A stretch of DNA of 64,000 bases, taken from positions 5,828,001 through 5,892,000 of the forward strand of contig NC_089431.1 of NCBI RefSeq assembly GCF_026210795.1. The letters run 5' to 3'. How positions within the stretch are numbered: the first letter of the stretch is position 1; the number at the start of each line of letters is the position of its first letter. Shown in pieces: positions 52,844 to 64,000 of this stretch. A program made the position numbers and the translations under genes. Source of the DNA: Rhizophagus irregularis. Taxonomy: Eukaryota. The notes under the pieces were generated by a model. That model was not told where the DNA came from. It worked only from the letters and a program-made list of their open reading frames with translations, and did no database searches.

Positions 52844-54464
52844 CTTAGTATTTAAAAAATGTATTTTATGGTAAATTATTAGCATTTATCATATAGTTGT
52901 ATCTTGGTAAATTATTAATTATTTTTTATATACTATATAAACTTCTGCAGCAACTTATAATTGTAAATTAAGAAAAATTCATCCAAATTTTTCTTACGAT
53001 CACATGATGCTTAATTTCGAAAAGATTTTTTTAAAATAATAAATATACTGTGGCAACAACTTCGCAACTTAATTGTAAATTTCATTTTTATTTTATTTTA
53101 GTTTTATTTTTTTTTTATTTTAATTCCCTACTTTTTGTGAATTTTACCTAAGTCTAATTTAAAACTATTAACCTAACTAATCTATTAACCTTTTAAACTA
53201 CACTATAGATTCAAATAATAATACACGTAAAATAAAAGAAAAAATATTAATTTATCTTCCCTCAGTTTACCTTCTTCATTAATCGTATTATCTTATCCTT
53301 TACATATACCTAAGACTGTTCTTGTGACTCTCTCCTCCGATTTCATATCGATACTTTATTACGTGGGAGTTAATTGATTTTCTGATCTCAAATCATTTAT
53401 AACTTCTACTACTTTTCTACTGATACGTCATCCGCCTTAAAACTTTCCTTTATCTCTATCTTCTCTCAAATTATTCTGTGTTATGAAATTTTCTTGCTCG
53501 CAAAGAACAAAATACCTGAAGAAAAAAGGATGAAATTAGCAAAAGAATATGAAAGAAACGGAAAAAACAACAAAAAACTTTTCTAAACATATACCTTTTC
53601 GCAAAAAGCAATAAGAACTGAAAACCTAAAGGAGAGAAGAACAAAATTAGCAAGGAATGAAGAATGAAAGAAGCAAAAAGAATGATTCTAACCATTGCCC
53701 GCCCATAAAAAACTGCAAAGAACTGAATACCTAAATAAAAAGTGGATGAAATTAGCAAAGGAGAATAAACGAAAAAAAAACAAAAAAAAAGATATACGAC
53801 TAGTGCTCCTAACAGATCAGTTCAGACCGGATTCAGCTTAAATCTGATCTGATCTGATTTTTATTTTAATAGATCTGATCTGATTTGAATTTGATCAGAT
53901 CTGGTTCAATTTGATCTAAATCTGGTTTGGATCCATTTGAATCCGATTTGAATCTGATCCGAATCTGGTTTGGATCTGGTCCTTGTTCTAAAAAAAGGAA
54001 GAGAACGTTAATTAGTACATTCCCTTAAGTAAAAAATAAAAAAAAACAAAAAAAGAAATGAACTTACTATAGTTCGTTCTTTTTTTTAAATCCTGGTCGT
54101 TCAGCTTCGTCTCACGTCCAAGTTTTCTAAAAAAAAAAAGGGAACGTTATTACGTTCCCTTAAGTAAAAATAAAAAAAAAAACAAAAAAAAGAAACGAAC
54201 TTACTATAATTTGTTCTTTTAAATCCTGGTCGTTCATCTTCATCTCATGTCCAGGTTTCCTAAAAAAAAGGGAACGTTAATTATGTTTCTTTAAGTAAAA
54301 ATAAAAAAAAAATAAAAAAAAAATGAACTTACTATAGTTCATTCTTTTAAATCCTGGTCGTTCCTTCGTCTTACGTCCAGGTTTCCTAAAAAAAAGAAAG
54401 GGAACGTTAATTACGTTCCCTTAAGTAAAAAAAAATAAATAAAATAAAAGAAACGAACTTACTA

Positions 54465-55276
54465 CGGTGCAGAACCTCTATAATAGGAACTTAAAAAAAT
54501 TTAAATAAAATTTGATTCTATGATTGAATTTTAATTTTATAAAAAGAATTAAACTCTATTTGTTAAAAAAAATCGATTTAAAAAATAAAAAAAAGTCTCA
54601 ATTTTTTAGATTATGTAAGCATCACGTGATACATATATTAGCCAATCAGAAATTAGAATTTTATTAATTATATGATATAAAAATTTATATAATATATTTG
54701 TTTATTGTATTTCATTATAAACTGATGATTGATGAATCAGGTACATGATAATGAGATTTATATTTTATTATATGTATTTTTTGATTAAATTAAAGTAAAA
54801 TTACTTAATTTTTGAATTCTTTTGTTTATAAATTTATCATCTGAACTGACTTTTAAATATCATTATTTATAACATTAAATTAACCTATACTTAAATAATT
54901 TTGTTTATTAATTTTTTTTTTTGCAATATTAGACCTTTTTTTTCTTCTTAGCATATTGAAAAAAAAATCTGAAGTAAAATAATAATTAATATTACATTAA
55001 ATGTGGCTAAAAAAGATCTGTAATGCAAAAATTAGACTAGTCTCAATTTTAACTAAATTTTGTCAGTATATTTAAATTACAGATTTTTAAACAGCTAAAA
55101 CTTAGCTAAAATTTAATTTAGAAAAAAAATAACCGATAATTTTTAAAGCTAATGATCATATCTATAAAAATTATCGGTTAAATTTTTTACTTTAATATAA
55201 AAAATTTTTTTTTAGAAATTTATAATCAATCAATTGTTACTATACATAAGTAGTTGAGTATAGAGGTTCTGCACTA
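54465..55276. mobile_element. Tc1/mariner-type MITE nested in the repeat array
   Basis: cggtgcagaacctctata ... tatagaggttctgcacta with TA TSD. Removal restores the repeat unit actatagttcg. Confidence 0.85.
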
Positions 55277-55743
55277 TATAGTTCGTTCTTTTTTTTAAAT
55301 CCTGGTCATTCAGCTTCGTCTCACGTCCAGGTTTCCTAAAAAAAAATAAAGGGAACGTTAATTACATTCCCTTAAGTAAAAATAAAAAAAATAAAAATAA
55401 AAGAAATGAACTTACCATAGTTCGTTCTTTTTTTTAAATCCTGGTCGTTCAGCTTTGTCTCACGTCCAGGTTTCCTAAAAAAAAAGAAAGGGAATGTTAA
55501 TTAGTACGTTCCTTTAAGTAAAAATAAAAAAAAAACAAAAAAAAAAAACGAATTTACTATAGTTCATTCTTTTTTTAAATCCTGGTCATTTAGCTTCGTT
55601 TTACGTCCAGGTTTCCTAAAAAAAAAGAAAGGGAACGTTAATTACGTTCTTTTAAGTAAAAAAAAATAAATAAAATAAAAGAAACAAATTTACCATAGTT
55701 CGTTCTTTTAAATTCTGTTCGTTCCTTTGTCTCACGTCCAGGT

Positions 55744-55875
55744 TAAAGATGTTAGCCATAATTCAAAAAAGTGTCGTAATACAAAATTTTTATATGCCGT
55801 AATTAATTAAGGCTATAAAAATCTTATAGCCGTAATTCAAAATTTTTTAAAAAATAATTAAAGCTAACATCTTTA
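55744..55875. mobile_element. 132-bp hAT-type MITE
   Basis: taaagatgttagc ... gctaacatcttta with exact 8-bp TSD GTCCAGGT. Confidence 0.9.
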
Positions 55876-56414
55876 GTCCAGGTTTCCTAAAAAAAAAGAA
55901 AGGGAACGTTAATTACGTTCCCTTAAATAAAAAATAAAAAAAACTTAAAAAAAAGGAATGAACTTACCATAGTTCATTCATTTTTTTTAAATCCTGATCG
56001 TGTCGTTAGGCTTCATTCGTCCAGGTTTCCTACTAAAAAAGAAGGAAACCGTTAATTACGTTCCCTCAAGTAAAAATAATAAAAAAAAGAAATGAACTTA
56101 CCTAGTTCGTTCTTTTAAATCTTGGTCGTCCAGCTTCGTCCATTCGTTCAGAAAAAGGTTTTTTAAAAAAAATTTTTTTTTTTTATTTAAAAAAAAATTT
56201 GATCTGAATCTGTTCAGATCGGATCAGATTTTCTTATGTTATGATCTAATCCGATCCAAAATTGATCGAATCAGATTTTTTTAAATTTGATCTGATCTAC
56301 AGATCAGAATTTTGAAAACCGAACTGGATTTGGCTCGAATCAAATCTGCGGATTCATATCAGATCAGATTTTTTTTAGAGCATTATATACAACACTTGCC
56401 TTTTACGAAGAGCC

Positions 56415-56658
56415 TAAGATTGCTTGTCTAAACCTCTTCAAAATTCTACGATTAGTTTTGTCAAAATTTTACTATAGATTTATTATAGTTTTAGCAGAGT
56501 TTTAGCAGTTTCGGCATTTATAATAAATTTCAGTAGTTTCACTTTTCTCCAAAGTTTCGCCAGTTTTTTAATATAACTTCAATATAGTTTTGGCAGAATT
56601 TCGCTTTTTGGCAAAACGCCATCTTGCCTAAACTCCTAGGTTTCGGCAAGCAACCTTA
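56415..56658. mobile_element. hAT-type MITE, TAAGGTTGCTTG family, copy 3
   Basis: Closely similar to 38193-38436, with exact 8-bp TSD GAAGAGCC. Confidence 0.9.
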
Positions 56659-57589
56659 GAAGAGCCGCAAGGAACTAAGAACCTAAAGGAAGAATGAAAA
56701 AGAGAAACACTGGTCTTAAATAATAATAAAAAAAAAATTTCTTTCTCGTCTAATTTTGTACGTTCCTTTCTTTCAGGTTTCAGTTCTTATGAAAAGGCAG
56801 GTTTTTTTACTTTTTGATTCTTTTTTGGTTTCCTTTTCGCTATCTTTGCTGATTTTGTTTTCTCTTCTTTTTTTTTTAGATTTTCAGTAAGTTTCTGATA
56901 TTACTGTGAAGAACCGCAAAGACTGAGACCTAAAAAGAAGAAAAGAACGTATATTAGCAAGGAAATAAGCAATAAAACAAAAAAAGTGTTAAAGCCTACC
57001 TTTTTATGCATAGAGAACTAAAGAACTAAAACTTAAAGACACACTCTTCGATTCTTTACACTTGCTCAAAAAATCTTCTTCGCTTAGGTTCTGTTCAAAA
57101 CAACTATATTTCTGTGAAGAACTGCAAAGAAACTGAGACTTAAAAGAGAAAAGAACGTACATTAGTAAAGAAGAACAAGAAATAAAACAAAAAAAAATAT
57201 TTAAGCCTACCGTGCTTCAAGAATCAACCAAAGCTTCATATCAATCTCTGGTGATGAAGTTATGAGTTAATTGTAGTTAATAACTGTTCGCGTGAAAATA
57301 AAAATGTGAATAAAAATATGACTTTTAGTAAGAAACAAAACATAAAGTGAAAAACAACTGAACCTTAATTGCACTAATTACAATCAGCCAGTCTCTGGTG
57401 GTGAGAACTTCTCTTGTGTCCTTGAATACTTAGGAAAAGTCGTAGTTTTGTGTCGGCTACCTAGGAAGGACGGAATTGGTAAAAGGAAGTAAAAAAAAAG
57501 CCTTTCTTTTAGCTTTCTGTCTACCAAAGGAAAGAGTAGAGAATATAATTTTTTTTTTTTTTAAAAAAAAAAAAATTTTTTCATCAGTT

Positions 57590-57737
57590 CTACCAGTTTC
57601 CGGTTCAGTTCCCGAGTCGGATTATTAAATAAACCGAACCAGAACCAGAACTGAACTAAATTTTTTAGAACTAAAATGGATTTTTGGTTCAGTTCTGGTT
57701 TAGTTTTCGGATAGAACCGGAACTGTTTAGAGCTTTA
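57590..57737. mobile_element. Probable right end of a hAT element, possibly the one carrying the 52.2-52.8 kb transposase
   Basis: ccggtt/gaacc subterminal repeats ending ...tttagagcttta, similar to the 29399-32014 termini. Confidence 0.5.
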
Positions 57738-58969
57738 ATCATAGAAATCAGAAAAGAAGCTTTTATTAAAAAACAGGAAAAATTTAGTATTTTATTTTTT
57801 ATTTTAATATAGATAGGTTTTAATTTTGAAACTTTCTTATATAGGTTAAAAAAAATTATTATTTGTCTTCCTTTTTATTATTTTCATTAAGTTTTCTAAA
57901 TTTTTTTTGGATTTATAATCTGAAATAGTTTATAGTTATAATGGAAATTCCTATATATAGAAATCTATTTCTGCTGTAGTAAATCTATTACCCATAAATT
58001 ACAAATCTCTTATTTATTAAATTTGTTTGAATATACAGTATATATAATGGGAAAATACTACTTTGAGGTTTTTATTTATCTCATCCAATTTTTTGTCACA
58101 TTATTTTTATAAGCAACCAAGAAATCTTTTAATAAATAATTGATATTCTGGTTTGAATAAGAAGGTAAAATACTAAAAGAAGCAGTAACAGTAGGCGTAT
58201 TAAAGCCTTTCCATAAGCCCTGCCTCGGCCAATCTCACTTATAAGCCATCAAGTCCCGCTTATTTCGTCGTGCCAAGCTCCGTGGCTTATTCAAGCCGGC
58301 TTGCAAGCTTTTTTTTTTTTTTTATAATTTATGTAATTTATATGAAATATATTAAATTATTTATTAAAAAAATTTATAAAATAAAAATTTTCAATAACCA
58401 AATTACGTAGTATTCATAAAGATCGGTATCAGTCATATGACTTGCCGAATCAATTTACCGATCAGTTGATAATCTATTTTTTATTTAAAACAACCGAATT
58501 CCTATAAAAAATTTTATGTAAAAACTCCGTAAAAATAATCCTTTCACAGATCCATTCACGGAAAATGAAAACAATTCGATAAATTCTGTGATATAAGGTT
58601 ATTAATTCCGGAAATATGAGCCTTCTACGGAAAAAGGATGGAATATAAAAAAATGGATTGACTTTTTTTACCGGGAATAGCTAAAAAAAGTTGGAACTCT
58701 ACATAAACTAAACACCGGAGTGCTGTAAGTATGAGAGTTCATGGTTATTTTTTATTTTTGGAACGATTACTAACGTTCCTTTTCGTTTTTTACTTTAGGA
58801 ACGGTTCTTGGACGTCTGGAACTCTGGAATGGCAAGTCGAGGGGAGAATGGGGTATTGTTAAAACGTAAGAGACAATTCCTTCCCCGATTTTGAAGAAAA
58901 AGAATAACGCCGAGTTTCATAAAAGAGAATGACTAGATTTGCATTGTGAGGAATACCCCAAAACCCGGA

Positions 58970-59145
58970 ACCTTTCGTATTCCCCTTTCCCTTTCGTATT
59001 CCCCTTTCCCTTTCGTATTCCCTTTCCCTTTCGAATTCCCCTTTCCCTTTCGTATTCCCCTTTCCCTTTCGAATTCCCTTTCCCTTTCGTATTCCCCTTT
59101 CCCTTTCGTATTTCCCTTTCCCTTTTGTATTCCCCTTTCCCTTTT
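58970..59145. repeat. 18-19-bp pyrimidine-rich minisatellite (ccctttcgtattccccttt)n
   Basis: About 9 copies visible. The minus strand is (AAAGGG)-rich. Confidence 0.92.
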
Positions 59146-60738
59146 AACGGTTCAAATGTATTATTTCCAACGCTATTATTTGTTGCCATACCTAAAGCAG
59201 CGTATGGATCTATTGTTGGTTGATTTTGTGGATCGTTCGTGTTTGATGTCATGTACCTAGAACCGAAAGAATTGAGAGAAAAATTTGAAACGGTATTTCC
59301 GGAGGATCTGAAGATTCTGTGAGAAAGGTTTTTGATGTTTAAATAATTGGAGTATTTTTTTGTGAAGAAGCATATTAACAAAATAATTTCTATAGAGGGT
59401 GAGGGTGTTGAACTTACCGATGTTCCTCCATCTTCGAAGTTCGAAAGAGGACGTTCAAAGTAGCAATGTTGGTCCATTTTCGGAAGAGGACTTTTAAACT
59501 ATTAATGTTGGTATTTCTTCAAAAAGTAGACAGTTTATTATATAAGATGGGGAACGTTAACATGTTCATCAGTTTGGTGTTGATAAAATTTGAGGAGCAG
59601 CAAATGAACCCGTTGGAAAATAAAGTATTTGTTGTTTTTCTATAACCCATAATACTTCCAGAACGTTACTAACATTCCTTTTCGTTTTTTACTTTAGGGA
59701 ACGGTTCCTGGACTTGAATTTTGGTCCGGAACTCTGAAATGAGAAGTTGAGACTTGAGACGGGTTAAAACTCTGGAAAATAAGGTATTTGTAGTTATGAC
59801 AATAATATCTTTACATTTTGGAGGCGCTTGTAGATACGAACCACTAATGGAATGGTAGTGGTCGGCATTTTTTCTATTATGGGAACGTTAGTAAACGTTA
59901 CTGACGTTCCTTTATTTGGTTTTTTTTTAATAGGAACAATCCTGGAAGTTAGATATATCACCCTCAAGGTCTATATAAATATGTTTTATGGGGAAGTTGG
60001 CACTCACAATAGCATCTCCCCTTCTTATTCCTGCACGTTGTAGAGGTTGGCAAGCTTTGAGAATAGATGAAAAATGGTTGAAACTCATTTTCTTAAATCA
60101 ATCAATTTGCCAATAAATTTGTCTAATTGATTTGTGAATATATTACATTAAGAATTGCCAAATTGTGTTAAAGTACCAAGATTCACACCATCCATGAGTG
60201 GAGTTATTTTGAGCTCTTCTAATTCAATCTATACTTGAATAATAGTAAGGTGTGGAATGCTAAATTTTTGCATATAAAAAGAGTGCATGAATATTACCCA
60301 ACTTTTTCATTACTAGTTAAATTAGCTGGATAGAAGAAGAGATACAAATGCCAAATCATTGTGGATGGATTTATCAATTATGGAATAATCTAAGATACAG
60401 GAATTGGGATTTAACAAAGTTTGATATCCAACAATCACTCTATTTACTTTTATATTTTTCGTCCTATTGGTCTAATAATAATGTATGGTCATATGATTTA
60501 TACGTACTATACTTTATGCATGCATATTAAAAATTTAAATAAATATTTGATAAGAAGATTGCTATTTTCAGTATTTTGGTTACAATTACGAATCATTATA
60601 CAGATTTATGCATTAATATTGTTCTTTTTTTTAAAAACGTTTCAAAATTATTTATAAAAAAAAAAAATTATTATTTTGTTGGGTTTATTCACTTTATTGT
60701 ATTAATAATTTGTTTTTTTGTTTTTATAAAATTATAAA

Positions 60739-60865
60739 ATGTCATCAGATTCTTCTAATAATACGAACAATGATAGTATCATTAACATTGGTAAAGAAGA
60801 CGAAAGTTCTGTTAAAAAAAGAGTATCCCCCGTTTATCAATATTTTACATTTAATAATGAACTAA
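60739..60865 (+). pseudogene. Start of a probable BED-finger (hAT) transposase, cut by a CACTG element
   Basis: MSSDSSN...KKRVSPVYQYFTF resembles the S.VW.YF start of a BED finger. The frame is interrupted at 60866. Confidence 0.5.
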
Positions 60866-63800
60866 CACTGGTCAAAATTAATACTATCGGGTACCTATCG
60901 GGTACCTGATATGTGTACAATATATGTGATATATGTGTATGATATTTAACAATGCTACACATATCAGGTACCCGATATGTGTAGTAGAAATGTAGAAAAA
61001 CGGTGACACATCATGTATATATCACATATACATCTTACACATATCGGGTAGTTAAATATCGGTCACATATCATAGACTTATTGGGTACCTGATATATTAT
61101 GATATATATCATATAGATATCATACAGATATCATACAGATATCAGACGGATAGATATAGGATAATGATTTCGTATTAATACTAGTAAATTTATTATAATT
61201 TAATTCAGGCAAAAAAATTATAAAATGCAATCATAATTTATATATTTTTTTAATTTTAATTTAAAACTTTATTACAATTTAAATTTATTTACACTTTTTA
61301 ATTAAAAAAAAACAATTATACTAATTATACTTGAATACTTGAATAAATATATATAATATATAACTTTTACTAAAAGTAGCATAAAAATAAAATCACTTGT
61401 TTGCTTATACCTGTTTGATTATTTAAAAGAAGCATTAATGATAAATATATTAGTAAGAGAAAAGAGAATGTTATTAAAAAATATTAGTATAGATATATAA
61501 ATATAGAAAATATTAGTAGAAACATTAGCAGAAAGAAAAAGTTAGTAGAATAAAAAATGTTAGTAGAAAGAGAACGTATATCAGTAGTAATATAATATTA
61601 ATAGAAAATTTTAAATAGTAAAAATGTTAATATAGTAGAAAAAAATAATAAAAAATATATTAGTAGGAGTATTAGTAAAAGAAAAGAAAGAAACGAAAAA
61701 AAAATGGTAGAAAAACATTAATAAAGAAAAGAAATATTAGTAATATATACCTTTTTATGCATTTCTAGATATAACAAATAAAAAAAAAATATAAAAATAT
61801 GTATTTCTGAATATATTAAATAGATAAAAAATTGTGTTTTTAAGTAAAAAAAATTGAGAACGAAGAAAAGGTTTTAATAAGATAAACAAAAATGCGAAAT
61901 GTAAATATTTAAATCATGTGATCACATGATAACAATATTACGTAACGTAACTTACCACATGTTATTTTATAGCTTGAATACATTTATAATTAAATTTGGT
62001 AAAATTACGTCGTAAAACAAAAATTTCTCAATCCAAATGACCCCTTCGATTAAAAAATTATCAAAAAAAAAATCTTTCCAAATGAACCCTTAGAAAATTT
62101 CTCATCAAAAAAATATTTGAAATGACCCCTCTAGTTAAAAAACTTTTTTAAAAAATTTTTTCAAATGAACCCTTAGAAGATTTATTAAAAAAATCTCAAA
62201 AAATCTTCCAAATGAATTCTTAGAATTTCTTTATTAAAAATAAAATGTCCTAAATGATCCCTTTAGTTAAAAAAATCCCAAAAAATAATTTTCCCAAATG
62301 AACTCCTAGAAATTTTCTGTCAAAAAATGTCCCAAACGATCCCTTTGGTTAAAAAATTCTTAAAAATAATCTTCCCAAACGAACTCTTAGAAAATTCTCT
62401 ATTAAAAATGTTTCAAACGATCCCTTGGTTAAAAAATTCTCAAAATAATCTCCCCAAATGAATCCTTAGAAAATTCTCTATCAAAAAATGCCCTAAATGA
62501 TCCTTTTAATTAAAAAATTCTCAAAAAACTATTTCCCAAACGAACTCTTAGAAAATTCTCTATCAAAAATATTCCAAACGTTCCCTTTAGTTAAAAAATT
62601 CTCAAAAATAATCTCTCCAAACGAATCATTAGAAAATTCTCTATCAAAAATGCCCTAAGCGATTCCCTTAATTAAAAAATACAAAAAATAATTTTTCTAA
62701 ACGAACTCTTAGAAATTTCTCTATCAAATGATACCTTCAGTTAAAAAATTCTCAAAAAATAATTTTTCCAAACAAACTTTTAGAAAATTCTCTATCAAAA
62801 AAATTCTCTATCAAAAAATGTTCCAACAGTCCCTTTGGTTAAAAAATTCTCAAAAATAATCTCTCCAAACGAATCATTAGAAAATTCTCTATCAAAAAAT
62901 GCCCTAAACGATCCCCTTAATTAAAAAATTCAAAAAATAATTTCCCTAAACACACTCTTAGAAAATTCTCTATCAAAAAATGCCCTAAATGATTCTTTTA
63001 ATTAAAAAAATTCTCGAAAAACCATTTTCCAAACGAACTCTTAGAAAATTCTCTATCAAAAATGTTCCAAACGTTCCCTTTAGTTAAAAAATTCTCAAAA
63101 ACAATCTCTTCAAACGAATCATTAGAAAATTCTCTATCAAAAATGCCCTAAGTGATCCCCTTAATTAAAAAATACAAAAAATAATTTTCCCAAACGAACT
63201 CTTAGAAAATTCTCTATCAAACATGCCCTAAATGATCCTTTTAGTTAAAAAATTCTTGAAAAACCATTTCCCAAACAAATTCTTAGAAAATTCTGTATCA
63301 AAAATGTTCCAAGTGTTCCCTTTAGTTAAAAAATTCTCAAAAACAATCTCTCCAAACGAATCATTAGAAAATTCTCTATCAAAAATGCCCTAAGCGATCC
63401 CCTTAATTAAAAAATACAAAAAATAATTTCCCTAAACGAACTCTTAGAAAATTCTCAATCAAAAATGCTCTAAATGATCCTTTAAGTTAAAAAATTCTCA
63501 AAAAACCATTTCCCAAACAAACTCTTAGAAAATTCTCTATCAAAAAATGTTCCAAACGATCTCTTGGTTAAAAAATTCTCAAAAATAATCTCTCCAAATG
63601 AATCCTTAGAAAATTCTCTATCAAAAAATGCCCTAAACAATCCCCTTAATTAAAAAATACAAAAAATAATTTCCCTAAACGAACTCTTAGAAAATTCTCT
63701 ATCAAAAAATGCCCTAAACGATCTCCTTAATTAAAAAATTCAAAAAATAATTTCCCTAAACAAACTCTTAGAAAATTCTCAATCAAAAAATGCCCTAAAT

Positions 63801-64000
63801 AATCCTTTTAGTTAAAAAATTCTCGAAAAACCATTTTCTAAACGAATTCTTAGAAAATTCTCTATCAAAAATGTTCCAAACGTTCCCTTTAGTTAAAAAA
63901 TTCTCAAAAACAATCTCTTCAAATGAATCATTAGAAAATTCTCTATCAAAAATGCCCTAAGTGATCCCCTTAATTAAAAAATACAAAAAATAATTTCCCC
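60866..64000. mobile_element. Left part of a CACTG/CMC-type element; right end not found within the window
   Basis: cactggtcaaaa terminus followed by atcgggtacc(t/c)gat subterminal repeats shared with the MITEs at 29546 and 32410. Extent beyond ~61200 is uncertain. Confidence 0.5.
62030..64000. repeat. 81-bp satellite with ~3-monomer higher-order structure, running off the window
   Basis: ttagaaaattctctatcaaaaa recurs about every 80-82 bp for more than 20 copies. Confidence 0.93.

Larger units (their letters stand above)
53985..56150 (-). repeat. ~125-bp tandem repeat whose unit is a GT-AG intron plus a ~60-nt exon
   Basis: Minus strand unit: ...ttaacgttccc(T)nTAG|GAAACCTGGACGTGAGACGAAGCTGAACGACCAGGATTT(A)nGAACGAACTAT(A/G)|GTAAGTTC..., about 9-10 copies. 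Confidence 0.82.
53801..56385. mobile_element. Non-autonomous hAT-type element carrying an intron/exon tandem array
   Basis: tagtgctc ... gagcatta termini, 8-bp TSD tatacgac/tatacaac, atctg/cagat subterminal repeats. Confidence 0.82.

Noticed and set aside
58970..59145. Interstitial telomere
   Set aside because: The unit is CCCTTT within an 18-19-mer, not CCCTAA.
58917..59477. ORFs with KGKG or PFPF repeats
   Set aside because: Translations of the CCCTTT minisatellite with no other coding evidence.
52229..60866. hAT C-terminus and BED-like N-terminus, each abutting a CACTG end with TAA, read as one rearranged gene
   Set aside because: The order is reversed, the middle of the transposase is missing, and a 3-bp TAA match is expected by chance in AT-rich DNA.
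62030..64000. CRISPR-like regular repeats
   Set aside because: The intervening sequences are themselves repeated rather than unique spacers, there are no cas genes, and the context is eukaryotic.

Overview
Very AT-rich eukaryotic DNA with short GT-AG introns. Gene and repeat style suggests an arbuscular mycorrhizal fungus (Glomeromycotina, Rhizophagus-like); this is an inference. The window has two compartments. About 1-21.1 kb is a compact block of 11 genes: a MAM3/CNNM transporter, a GPI-type Gly/Pro/Ala-repeat surface protein, YME1, GEMIN6, an intronless OTT_1508-like deaminase, DYS1, WTAP, DTWD1, RSM19, ADA1 and TMEM18. About 21.2-64 kb has no recognisable housekeeping gene and is a nested transposon graveyard. 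It holds a 4.3-kb TIR/TSD-bounded element encoding an unclassified transposase-like protein with a C-terminal RING finger, an 8-kb two-gene Plavaka element, hAT and LINE relics, about 20 MITEs with readable TIRs and mostly readable TSDs, a Uma2-like nuclease ORF and an 81-bp satellite. The most unusual signals are three: a tandem array of different TTAT...ATAA hairpin cassettes inserted without TSD at a dif-like ATAA-N6-TTAT site, with a second copy that has swapped a cassette; tandem repeats whose unit is an intron plus a micro-exon; and the RING-fused transposase element. Exon boundaries and family calls were made by eye, and no database search was run.
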